DNA of 64,000 bases from a virus: the IMG/VR virus record IMGVR_UViG_3300005573_000054, positions 64,001 to 128,000 of that record; one strand, written 5' to 3'. Below are positions 20,039 to 28,936 of this stretch, piece by piece. Under the pieces are notes generated by a model. The model did no database searches, was not told the DNA's origin, and saw only the letters and a list, made by a program, of their open reading frames with translations. The position numbers and the translations under genes were made by a program. Position 1 is the stretch's first letter. The number at the start of each line of letters is the position of its first letter.

Positions 20039-22534
20039 ATGACTGATACTATAATTTCCAACTCACTAGGTATGTCTCCTTTTTATGTTGGGGCTCTTCA
20101 TCAGAAGTTACATCTTATAGAGAAAGAGATTACAAAGTGGTTTAGTAGGGCAAAACGTGAGTATTTCTTAAAAAAAGAATATGAGACCTCGGGAGATGTA
20201 GCGAAACTCGAAGAATATCTCAAAACGAGAGTTATCAAGCTTGAGTCGCTCCCGGAACCTATAAACTTTTGGGAGGCTTGGATATTATGTAGGTATCTCT
20301 TTATGAAGATGAAAGGTGTTACTGATTCTCAATACGCTTCTGATAAAGACTTCTTTAATGTTCCATCAAGTCTTGAAGAGAATCAACTTCTTGATTTGCT
20401 TGATTTTTTCTATTCAAGAGTAGATGAGTTTCAAACAGAGCTTGGTAGATTGGAACTGAAAGGAGAATTTGGGGATTATATTCAAGTTAATGATAATGAG
20501 TTAACTGATTCTCCTATCCATGATTTTCCTTGTGAAAGATTAAGATTTGAGAGTAGGACAGACCCAGATACTCTGTCAAGTCTGGGACTTATTGAGAATA
20601 CTAGAAAGACAATCGTATATGAGTTAGGAAAAGATCTTATTGTAATAAATAGATACACGGCAAAACTTGAGCCTGTACTTATTGTCGATTATTATCGTGA
20701 TTATGGGAGTTTCAATCAACGTTATACTTATCCTTTACAGAGTTCAGAATTTGTGGTGTTTGCTAGAGTAGAGAATGATATTGATCTGGGAAAAAAGGTG
20801 TATATTACCGTCTTTAATTGTGATTATAATGCCTATAAGTTAATTAAGCTGGATATTTTCTCAGGACAGTGGTCTGTTGTAAACCCGTCTAGTATAGATT
20901 CAAATACTGCAATGTTCCTTAAGGGTTACTCTCTTGAACGTTGTTATGGGTCTCGACATAATTATATCGTGTTATTTTTGATAAAACATTTCGGTGAAGA
21001 TAAGGGATCTCCTTATGTTGCAATTTCAAGTTCTGAAAGAGGAGAACAACTGTACTTCACGTCTATTAAAATTCCTGATGATTTTGAATTTCTTAAGCCA
21101 TACGATAGAGCGAGTTTGATTCAAGTTGCGTGTCTTTCAAAGAAAGTAGTGTTTTTTAATCCCCTTAACAAAAAATTATTCATCGTAGACATTAAAGATC
21201 ACTCGTATGTAACTAAAGATCTTTCTGAAGAACTACCTTACCCAAGAAGTCTTTTGTTACCTGATTCGGAGTCAAGCTTCCATATTATCTCAGCGAAAGT
21301 AGGCGATTGGTATTTTGCTACTCATATGTATACGATTTACCAAGGAACCTACGTTGAGAGTGACGAATCAAAAACAAGATTTATCAGTATATTTTCTAAT
21401 CCTGTTTTACCACAACCTCCTGATTTTCCTACGGATGAAGATGCTTCGAAAACTCTTATTCATTTGTGGAATCAAGTTGATATTCCAGGTCTTCTACCAG
21501 AGGAAGAAGAATTTTTCATTAAACTGTTTCCTAACGTGGCAGATCTTATTCCATGTTTAGATGTATTTTCCATGCCTCTTTCTGTGTATCTTGATCTATT
21601 TCAGTCGGGAAGTTCTTACCAAGAAAGCTTTACTCCAGAAACACTTCCACCTTTTATAATACCCGAGGAAGATAATATTTATACAGAGAAACCGTACACC
21701 TACATTCCCAAATGGAAAGTATATCCCGAATTACTTGCTTGGCAACGTCTCGAAACCTCACTATATCCATATGTGTTGAAACAGGTTAAACTTTCTGGTA
21801 ATTCGGTCGAGGTCTTTCATGTGAAACAAGATCAAGCAAGACAGGTGATACAAAAATTATCTAAATTTGATGCAAATACCTCACTTGTTTTTGCTTCTAG
21901 ACCTGTAGAGCAGATTGCTGTTTTAAGTTCTGTGAATAGAACGTCATGGTATTTATACAATACAACAAGTGATCTCTATATAGGAGAAATTCATAAAGAG
22001 ACAACTATTCTGGAACCACTTATTAAACATAGACCTGATACAGGCGTAGAAACATGGGTTTCTATAGAAGATAAAAAGTGTCATGATTATCACAGTACAT
22101 TTTTCTGTGAGTATAACAATCCGAATTGTGATGAAGTGACAGTTCTAGATGAAAACTTTAATATCTCAACTTCAATAAGTGGTTTGGAGTCGTTTCTCAG
22201 TGAATCTTTTCCAGTTAACATAAGTCTTATCAATCAGACTCAAAACTTTACCGGGATAATTAGAGAAGTCTTGTATTACGTAGGTTTATTTTTGGGTGAA
22301 GAAGTCGATATAGGTATACTTTTTGATAGTGAACTCGTAGCGTTATATATAAAACTACTTGAATTTTTTATTACGATATACTCTCGTCCTACAGGATTCC
22401 AAGTTCAGGTAGTTATAGATCAACCGGCATGTAATAAAATACCTATGGAAGATGCGTTTGTTGTTCAACCTCTTCACAAAGAATATAGTAGAATTCCAAT
22501 CTACGATAGCGTAACTATATCTACGTCTCTGTAA
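20039..22534 (+). CDS. Putative baseplate-associated structural protein
   Basis: 831-aa ORF in the baseplate cluster; no motif recognised. Confidence 0.45.
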   Translation: MTDTIISNSLGMSPFYVGALHQKLHLIEKEITKWFSRAKREYFLKKEYETSGDVAKLEEYLKTRVIKLESLPEPINFWEAWILCRYLFMKMKGVTDSQYASDKDFFNVPSSLEENQLLDLLDFFYSRVDEFQTELGRLELKGEFGDYIQVNDNELTDSPIHDFPCERLRFESRTDPDTLSSLGLIENTRKTIVYELGKDLIVINRYTAKLEPVLIVDYYRDYGSFNQRYTYPLQSSEFVVFARVENDIDLGKKVYITVFNCDYNAYKLIKLDIFSGQWSVVNPSSIDSNTAMFLKGYSLERCYGSRHNYIVLFLIKHFGEDKGSPYVAISSSERGEQLYFTSIKIPDDFEFLKPYDRASLIQVACLSKKVVFFNPLNKKLFIVDIKDHSYVTKDLSEELPYPRSLLLPDSESSFHIISAKVGDWYFATHMYTIYQGTYVESDESKTRFISIFSNPVLPQPPDFPTDEDASKTLIHLWNQVDIPGLLPEEEEFFIKLFPNVADLIPCLDVFSMPLSVYLDLFQSGSSYQESFTPETLPPFIIPEEDNIYTEKPYTYIPKWKVYPELLAWQRLETSLYPYVLKQVKLSGNSVEVFHVKQDQARQVIQKLSKFDANTSLVFASRPVEQIAVLSSVNRTSWYLYNTTSDLYIGEIHKETTILEPLIKHRPDTGVETWVSIEDKKCHDYHSTFFCEYNNPNCDEVTVLDENFNISTSISGLESFLSESFPVNISLINQTQNFTGIIREVLYYVGLFLGEEVDIGILFDSELVALYIKLLEFFITIYSRPTGFQVQVVIDQPACNKIPMEDAFVVQPLHKEYSRIPIYDSVTISTSL

Positions 22535-22543
22535 GAACGATTG

Positions 22544-22557
22544 GAACAAAATTCGAG
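22544..22557 (+). promoter_or_regulatory. GAACAWA-N3-5-GAK motif (putative phage late promoter)
   Basis: GAACAAA ATTC GAG; the motif recurs in several short intergenic gaps. Confidence 0.45.
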
Positions 22558-22575
22558 GAAGGAGAGATTCTACTT

Positions 22576-23151
22576 ATGTCAATGGTTAAAGGTCGTGTTG
22601 AAATCAGGAAGATCGTTTTTCCTTCTAACAGAGAAGAGCTTATATTAAGTACTAATAATCTCGTTGTCTATACAGGAAGAGAGTTTGTTTTGCCATCTCT
22701 ACTAAAATACGATAATCCGAACATTACTCCAAAAGCTTCTTGGGGTTTATATTTCTGGTCTGTTGGTAACGGAGGTTTATTAAATCCTCTTGATCCTTTG
22801 ACGAGAATTCCTCCCAATCCTTCGGATGTTGGACTTAATAATGAGTTATCTGGTCTTGATATCAACGATCCTAACACTACTCCAGATGGAAGAAAAAGAA
22901 GGTTTTCTAACGTTACTTTTGTACAGGACACGATAAACGATAATAAATATCTTATAACTTCTCTTTCTATGTATATTGGTAGTAGTGAGCTTGTTGGCTC
23001 TTCTATTTCAGAAGCAGGTCTATGGATTTCTAACGATTCTAATGCGAAATTTCCTGGTCTTCAACATGTTCTTTTTTCGAAAGTGACGTTTAATCCCGTA
23101 CAGAAAGCTTCATCGTTCTCTTTAGTAATTACCTGGTATCTTTACACGTAG
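22576..23151 (+). CDS. Baseplate/tail-collar structural protein
   Basis: NLVVYTGRE..ISEAGL..FSKVTF..K...SLVITW pattern typical of fibre-attachment proteins. Confidence 0.6.
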   Translation: MSMVKGRVEIRKIVFPSNREELILSTNNLVVYTGREFVLPSLLKYDNPNITPKASWGLYFWSVGNGGLLNPLDPLTRIPPNPSDVGLNNELSGLDINDPNTTPDGRKRRFSNVTFVQDTINDNKYLITSLSMYIGSSELVGSSISEAGLWISNDSNAKFPGLQHVLFSKVTFNPVQKASSFSLVITWYLYT

Positions 23152-23161
23152 GAGACATAGT

Positions 23162-23833
23162 ATGCTTAACACGTTAATAATAACACCACAGGGATATAAC
23201 GCTATAGACTACGCAATACAAAATCATCAGGTAATGCTGATAAACTCTGTAAAGTTTTCTGACGCTTATCAACCAGAGTACGATCAGAACAATCCTTTCA
23301 ACACGCTTTACGGAACTAATATAAACGGTTATATACTACTTGATTATAGGATGATCTATCAGGAACAACAGTGTATAACGATGTTACTTTATGCGGATAA
23401 GTTACAGTATCCTACTGATGATTATATGCCTCGAAGTTTTGGGATATTTAAAGATAATGGGACTCTTATTGCGTATAGTAATATTAAACCATCTGGTGAT
23501 GAAGTAGGGAGTCTTGTAAAGGCAGGACTTGTTTTGTGGGGAAAGAGTTTTCCTCCAGGAGAGTTGAATCCACCCGCAGAGTATATACAGGTTGTGACGG
23601 AGTATGAGGGCATCTTTGATGTTGATCAGTATGTAAAAAGCTTATTTACAAATCATGAGTCGAGAAGTATTGTAACTGAGAATAATGTGTCTTCTTGGGC
23701 GTACTATAAGTTAGATAATAATCTGAGAATTTACCCTGTGTACAACGAAGTTAGGTGTAAATTCTTAAACAATTACTATAGAGTTAAGTTTAATGAAAAT
23801 GAAAAAAAATTGTATGGCGAATTAATACAGTGA
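23162..23833 (+). CDS. Putative tail-collar-like structural protein
   Basis: N-terminal IITPQG and SFGIF..GTLIAYS; tail-gene context. Confidence 0.45.
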   Translation: MLNTLIITPQGYNAIDYAIQNHQVMLINSVKFSDAYQPEYDQNNPFNTLYGTNINGYILLDYRMIYQEQQCITMLLYADKLQYPTDDYMPRSFGIFKDNGTLIAYSNIKPSGDEVGSLVKAGLVLWGKSFPPGELNPPAEYIQVVTEYEGIFDVDQYVKSLFTNHESRSIVTENNVSSWAYYKLDNNLRIYPVYNEVRCKFLNNYYRVKFNENEKKLYGELIQ

Positions 23834-23843
23834 GGAAGGTATT

Positions 23844-24467
23844 ATGTCATTAGTTGTTCTTAATGATGGGTATAAGGATTTAATTCTCAACTGTTTACAG
23901 ACAAATAATCCTCTCCCTGCTTTTTCCATAGAGTTCTACTCAGGAAATAATAAATACTTTACAACACAGAACTATCTAGCTCTTAACCACACTCAGAATT
24001 TAAAAACGATATCCCTTATTGCAATCTGTGATAAGGATCATACTATTGCTCCCTGCACTCATGTTTTGTGGAAAGATGATCAAGGTAATATCGTTTATCG
24101 TGTAGAATATGATATCTCTCTTCCAGTAGGAGTTGAACATATATGTCATATAGTCCTCGGGATTATTAATAACTCTCAAGAAGACGTAGGGTATTACTCT
24201 GTTCCAACCGAATTACTAGTTAGATATCTGGAACCTGATTATATTAGAATGGCTATGTATCAACTTAGAAAGGGTCTTCCTGCTTCTGATACTAACAGTA
24301 TACCCAATGGTTACTTTTACACTAAAGTCTATGATGTTATGTATAAGGAAAGTCCTAGTAATCCTATTTATATAGAAAGTAATATCGAGGTAAATCTTTC
24401 TGCTACTTTGGGAAATCATGGACGTTTGAAAGTTATAAACCAGGCTCTTTATATTGAGACAGATTAA
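23844..24467 (+). CDS. Hypothetical structural protein
   Basis: 207-aa ORF with RBS in the tail cluster. Confidence 0.45.
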   Translation: MSLVVLNDGYKDLILNCLQTNNPLPAFSIEFYSGNNKYFTTQNYLALNHTQNLKTISLIAICDKDHTIAPCTHVLWKDDQGNIVYRVEYDISLPVGVEHICHIVLGIINNSQEDVGYYSVPTELLVRYLEPDYIRMAMYQLRKGLPASDTNSIPNGYFYTKVYDVMYKESPSNPIYIESNIEVNLSATLGNHGRLKVINQALYIETD

Positions 24468-24485
24468 AATACGGGAAGAAAAAAT

Positions 24486-25079
24486 ATGTTTGTAGAACTT
24501 ACTGTTTACGCAAAAGATCAGATTCAACAGGCTATGGCGGGTAACTCTCTTTTAACAGTCTTTCCATTCCTCTTTAAATATGCTCTTATTACCCCTCAGA
24601 GTATCAACGTCATTCCTTACCTTAATAATCCCGTAAATATTTCGTGTAGTACTATTATTTCCGGGAACCCTGTAACGTGGTTCCAGTATGATCTGGTTGT
24701 TACACCACATAATGTTCTTCCCACTCAGTTTAGAGTTACAACAACAGAGAACTGTCCACAAAACATAAAAACTTTCTTTATCTGTAGTAACTCTGGTCTT
24801 CTATCAGCAGTAGGGACTATAGAGATTTCTACGAAAAGACTTAGTTTCGATATGTTTATAAAGCATCTTATTGGAGGAGAGAAAACATCTTTAGCTACTG
24901 TAGTAAATTATGATGATCCTCCAGACTTTACACCATACGCAGCTGAGGAGACCTATAAACCCTACGCATCTACGGATAGATTATTTGTTGAAATGAATGT
25001 GATAGAGTTACCTCTTACTTCATTTCCACCGAATCCACCTAAACCTATTTCTCCTATTTGCGATTTTACAAACTTGTGA
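24486..25079 (+). CDS. Hypothetical structural protein
   Basis: 197-aa ORF in the tail cluster. Confidence 0.45.
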   Translation: MFVELTVYAKDQIQQAMAGNSLLTVFPFLFKYALITPQSINVIPYLNNPVNISCSTIISGNPVTWFQYDLVVTPHNVLPTQFRVTTTENCPQNIKTFFICSNSGLLSAVGTIEISTKRLSFDMFIKHLIGGEKTSLATVVNYDDPPDFTPYAAEETYKPYASTDRLFVEMNVIELPLTSFPPNPPKPISPICDFTNL

Positions 25080-25122
25080 TCAAATGAATGATACTTATAA
25101 ACTTTAAAGGAGGATTTATAGA

Positions 25123-27804
25123 ATGATAGCAGTTTCACCAGGTGTCTATACAAGTATTACTCCTTTGAGTAGCTACGTTCAAGAAATACCTTCTAGTACT
25201 GGGTTCATCTGCTTTTTCTCAAATAAAGGTCCAGATAACCAACTGAAGGTAGCGACAAGTGTAAATTCTTTTCTCAAACTGTACGGAGATCCCGATTACT
25301 TGAAATATGGTGCTGTGTATGGTGGTGGTCAGCACGTGGCCTTTTCTTTCATTCAGACTTCTCCTAAGTGTTACGTAATGAGAGTGTTACCGTATGATGC
25401 CACTTATGCAAATAGGATGTTCTTCTTTGGAGCAGAAAAACCGTTTAGGTTACAGTCTAAGGTAGGAAGTGTAACTCTTTCTTTCAGTGCAACAACAGGA
25501 GTAATGAGTTTTTCAAGTAGTGGTATACAAATACTGGGTGATGGATATCTTACTGCAGAGTTTCCGACATCAGATGAAAATGTGTGGTTGATTGTTCGTC
25601 AAGATGGAGGTATGTCTGTAAGAATTAGTGGTGCAAGATCAATGAATGAAGCGACACTTCATCTGATGTCTGGTTCCGATGTAACTGGTTCGATAAGAAT
25701 CGATGCAAAAGGAAACATTTATGTTAACGGACATGGCTCTGCTACAATAGACTGTACAGATCCGTCAACAGGTTCAGTGTTTATGTTTGCCGATGATATC
25801 GACATGTTTGTCTATGATAAACCCATAAACAATGTTACTTCAAAGGATTCTGTGGATCTTGAAGTGATAAAGAATAATCTGAAATCTACATTTAGACCTC
25901 TTTACTCACTTTCTGGATATGGAGTAATCATTGGGTCTCAGATTGATGCAACAACTTATAACGTCTTGAAAAGAAGACTCCTTCCAAAAGAAAGATCTCT
26001 AGTTAAACAACTTCTTGTAGTACCTGATCTAACGGGAAATACTTATTATACTGTAAAAATTGATCCTAATACTATGAACTTCCAGATTGATCAACTTGAT
26101 ACAGCTAAGTGGGATGTTGAAGACTCGAGACCTTACCAAGTTGTTATAGGTCAAGATATTTATGAGCTTAAGTATGATGAAGCAAATACAAGACTGGTGT
26201 GGAAACAAGTTTCAGGGCAAGTTGATGATCTATGGAACAGTTTTATGTTCGATATGTCTCCTATGTTGATGGTGTTTGGGAAGTATAGGGGTCAATATTA
26301 TAATGGTTACAGAATTAGCTTCTTGAGTGTTCTAAATAGGGAAAATACGTTTTCGTTTAATGTTTACGAATATAAGAAGGTTTCAAAAACCGAGGCCTTG
26401 GCGGGAAGCTACTATATTAGCTTTGATCCTGATGCTGTTGATCAGTCTGGACAGACTATATTTATCAAAGATGTGATTGATAGATATAGTGAAGACGTGG
26501 AAGTGAAAGTCTATTCTTATGAAAAGTACGATGAGTTAATCGAGTTCTTGAATAATTATGGTTATTTGATTCAAGCTAAAGTTGTATCAGATGTGACTAC
26601 TCTTCTAACTCCTGGGTGGTATTATATAAAGAAAGATGCAACTGTTGGAACTAATACTTTTTCAATAGATTTTTCTGACTATCTTGGACGATTAGTGTTT
26701 ATAAGGTCAGATGGTCACTTGTTTAATAATAATAACCTTGTGTTTTCTACGAATATTGGAGCAATATTAACCAACGAAGATATCATTTTTAAAGACGAAG
26801 AAACAAACACTTGTCAATATTTAACTCCAGATGAGATTATACTTCCTTTTAAGTTTATACAAAATACGTTAGTTGAACACTCTATATCTGATTATCTTTA
26901 TGGTGAGGGAGTAAATCTTGGTGCAGGTACTGATGGACAGTTGTTTTTACCAAATGGAAAAATTAATGATAGTATCGCTAAGTCTCTTCTTGTCAACGCG
27001 TATACAGGACAGATAGATCCAAATGTTACCGATACAGAGTTTGTGTGGTATGATATAGTCTTAGATGGAGGATATCCGACTGACGTAAAGAGTGCGATTG
27101 TGACGCTTGTTCATGAAATAAGAAGGGATTGCATAGCTTTGCTTGATAATGGTGATAATAAAGATCCACAGGAAGCTCTTGATACTCGTATGAAACGTCA
27201 TACGTGGAACTCTGAATACGTAGCAGTCTATGAACCCTATATTCAGATCTATGATCAGTTCTCAGGACGTGATATCTGGGTATCACCTGTGTATGCAGTG
27301 GCAAGGCTTCTTGCTTTAAATGATAGGGTTAATGAAGTTTGGTACGCTGTAGCAGGTTACAGAAGAGGTATGACTCCTGTAATCAAGGGTATTAGATATA
27401 GCCCAAGGTTGAGTGAAAGAGATGACTTCTACCTGAACCAGATTAACCCCTTTGTGAACTTTAGAGAAGGAACAGTCTTGTGGGGTCAGTTAACTTCAAG
27501 AAGGATGACAGACGCTCTACAGAACTTGAACGTTATGAGATTAATACTTTACTGTAAGAGAGCGTTAGAACAGTACTGCAAGTACTTCATCTTTGAGTTC
27601 AATGACTCTATAACTTGGGAAAATATTAAGAAGGGAGTTACGGGATTCTTGGCTGATGTTCAGAGAAGAAGAGGTCTGTATAGCTTCAGTGTTAATGTCT
27701 GGGCTGATGAATACGCTATTCTAAGGAAGTCGGCGTATCTTGATGTAGTGTTGTTCCCGACAAGGGCTCTTGAGAAGATTTACTTGAACTTCTACGTAAA
27801 GTAA
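25123..27804 (+). CDS. Contractile tail sheath protein
   Basis: SPGVY N-terminus, WYAVAGYRRG, YLNQINP, WGQLT, LNVMRL, FIFEFND. Confidence 0.95.
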   Translation: MIAVSPGVYTSITPLSSYVQEIPSSTGFICFFSNKGPDNQLKVATSVNSFLKLYGDPDYLKYGAVYGGGQHVAFSFIQTSPKCYVMRVLPYDATYANRMFFFGAEKPFRLQSKVGSVTLSFSATTGVMSFSSSGIQILGDGYLTAEFPTSDENVWLIVRQDGGMSVRISGARSMNEATLHLMSGSDVTGSIRIDAKGNIYVNGHGSATIDCTDPSTGSVFMFADDIDMFVYDKPINNVTSKDSVDLEVIKNNLKSTFRPLYSLSGYGVIIGSQIDATTYNVLKRRLLPKERSLVKQLLVVPDLTGNTYYTVKIDPNTMNFQIDQLDTAKWDVEDSRPYQVVIGQDIYELKYDEANTRLVWKQVSGQVDDLWNSFMFDMSPMLMVFGKYRGQYYNGYRISFLSVLNRENTFSFNVYEYKKVSKTEALAGSYYISFDPDAVDQSGQTIFIKDVIDRYSEDVEVKVYSYEKYDELIEFLNNYGYLIQAKVVSDVTTLLTPGWYYIKKDATVGTNTFSIDFSDYLGRLVFIRSDGHLFNNNNLVFSTNIGAILTNEDIIFKDEETNTCQYLTPDEIILPFKFIQNTLVEHSISDYLYGEGVNLGAGTDGQLFLPNGKINDSIAKSLLVNAYTGQIDPNVTDTEFVWYDIVLDGGYPTDVKSAIVTLVHEIRRDCIALLDNGDNKDPQEALDTRMKRHTWNSEYVAVYEPYIQIYDQFSGRDIWVSPVYAVARLLALNDRVNEVWYAVAGYRRGMTPVIKGIRYSPRLSERDDFYLNQINPFVNFREGTVLWGQLTSRRMTDALQNLNVMRLILYCKRALEQYCKYFIFEFNDSITWENIKKGVTGFLADVQRRRGLYSFSVNVWADEYAILRKSAYLDVVLFPTRALEKIYLNFYVK

Positions 27805-27825
27805 ATAGATAGGAGGTTATGATAA

Positions 27826-28530
27826 ATGCCTTGGAATGATAATGTTTTTACGAGAGTTTTTGGTGGTACAAAAGAGACGTATGTAGGTGACCCGTTTGTA
27901 CGAGGTTATGGATACTGGTGGATAGATCTACCAGAGAGTCTTAAAGACGTGAGTGCGGCTGATAGTGCGAAACTCGCGGCGCTTGCTCGTGGAGTAACAG
28001 GACTTGCTTCAATCACTCTTGATGTGGAAGATATAGAGGGTCTCGGTGGAGTAAGGTTTGCTATTCCTACAAAGTTGACTATGCCAAGTAGAGTGTCGGT
28101 AACGTATATGGAAGTTCAACAGAACTTTATCTTCAACTTGCATAACAGATGGATCAATATGATTAGAGACCTTAGGTATGGTACAACTGCTCTTATGGGT
28201 CTTGATGGATATACTAAGTCGAAGTACTCGGGAATAGGGTACACCTGGTTGACTCTTCCCGACGGTGAGACGATAGTAGAAGCATACGTCTTGACAGGTC
28301 TTGTACCCACGACTCTTCCTGTATCAGACATGGGATTTGAGCTTGGTACTGTAGGTAAGGTCGATCTGACGATCGAGTACGCATTCGACCATATTTACTT
28401 CTACAGGATTCCCGATGAGAGCGCTTCTGCTACAAGTACTGGAATCTCTAGCGCGTTTGAGAGTAAGTTAAAGGGTCTAATTGGAGAAGTCAAGAAGTAT
28501 TATCAACAGTTTAACAACTCACTGGCTTAA
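27826..28530 (+). CDS. Tail tube protein (gp19-like)
   Basis: Directly follows the sheath gene; size and pattern (W..MI.D..G..Y...G..P) fit tube proteins. Confidence 0.8.
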   Translation: MPWNDNVFTRVFGGTKETYVGDPFVRGYGYWWIDLPESLKDVSAADSAKLAALARGVTGLASITLDVEDIEGLGGVRFAIPTKLTMPSRVSVTYMEVQQNFIFNLHNRWINMIRDLRYGTTALMGLDGYTKSKYSGIGYTWLTLPDGETIVEAYVLTGLVPTTLPVSDMGFELGTVGKVDLTIEYAFDHIYFYRIPDESASATSTGISSAFESKLKGLIGEVKKYYQQFNNSLA

Positions 28531-28544
28531 TAGATAACATATTC

Positions 28545-28576
28545 GACCCTCTACCTTGAGTAGAGGGTCCATCTTT
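28545..28576 (+). terminator. Stem-loop terminating the sheath/tube unit
   Basis: GACCCTCTAC-cttga-GTAGAGGGTC 10-bp stem followed by catcttt. Confidence 0.65.
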
Positions 28577-28595
28577 CCACGTAAAAGTCGATATA

Positions 28596-28601
28596 TATAA
28601 T
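28596..28601 (+). promoter_or_regulatory. -10 box (TATAAT) just upstream of the candidate ncRNA
   Basis: gatataTATAATtatGAGGG; no good -35 element seen. Confidence 0.5.
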
Positions 28602-28604
28602 TAT

Positions 28605-28795
28605 GAGGGTAGACGCCTCGTAGCCCTGTTCCCGAGGGCGTCTATTCCTCTGAAAACGTTGAGGTTCGGGAGTTCAGGGGGCGGTTTTGTGCATCCCACC
28701 GCCATACCGAAAAGGATGCACTGGAGGGCACGCTCTTTGAAAGCCCTGGAGCTCCCGCATGTGCCCTCCACCCTCCTAATTCCCCTCCTTTTTTT
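28605..28795 (+). ncRNA. Candidate structured non-coding RNA with a 5' hairpin and two pseudoknots; family not recognised
   Basis: GC-rich island with five complementary stem pairs, G-U pairs favouring the + strand, and a terminal T7 run. Confidence 0.75.
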
Positions 28796-28936
28796 GTGTA
28801 GCAATATTTTTTTCTTGCTTTGAAACAAATCGAACCAGCGAGAACGAGTGAGAAAGTCTGAGATACACGAGGGTTATTTTTTCTAACGTCTCTTCTGTAC
28901 AAATAGGATTTAACTTTGCATCAAAGGGAGAAACAA

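Noticed and set aside
28667-28770. HDV-like/theta ribozyme assignment for the candidate RNA
   Set aside because: The crossing topology with a small GCT/AGC stem is loosely similar, but the first stem is too long and the loop CUUUGAA lacks the HDV L3/P1.1 consensus.
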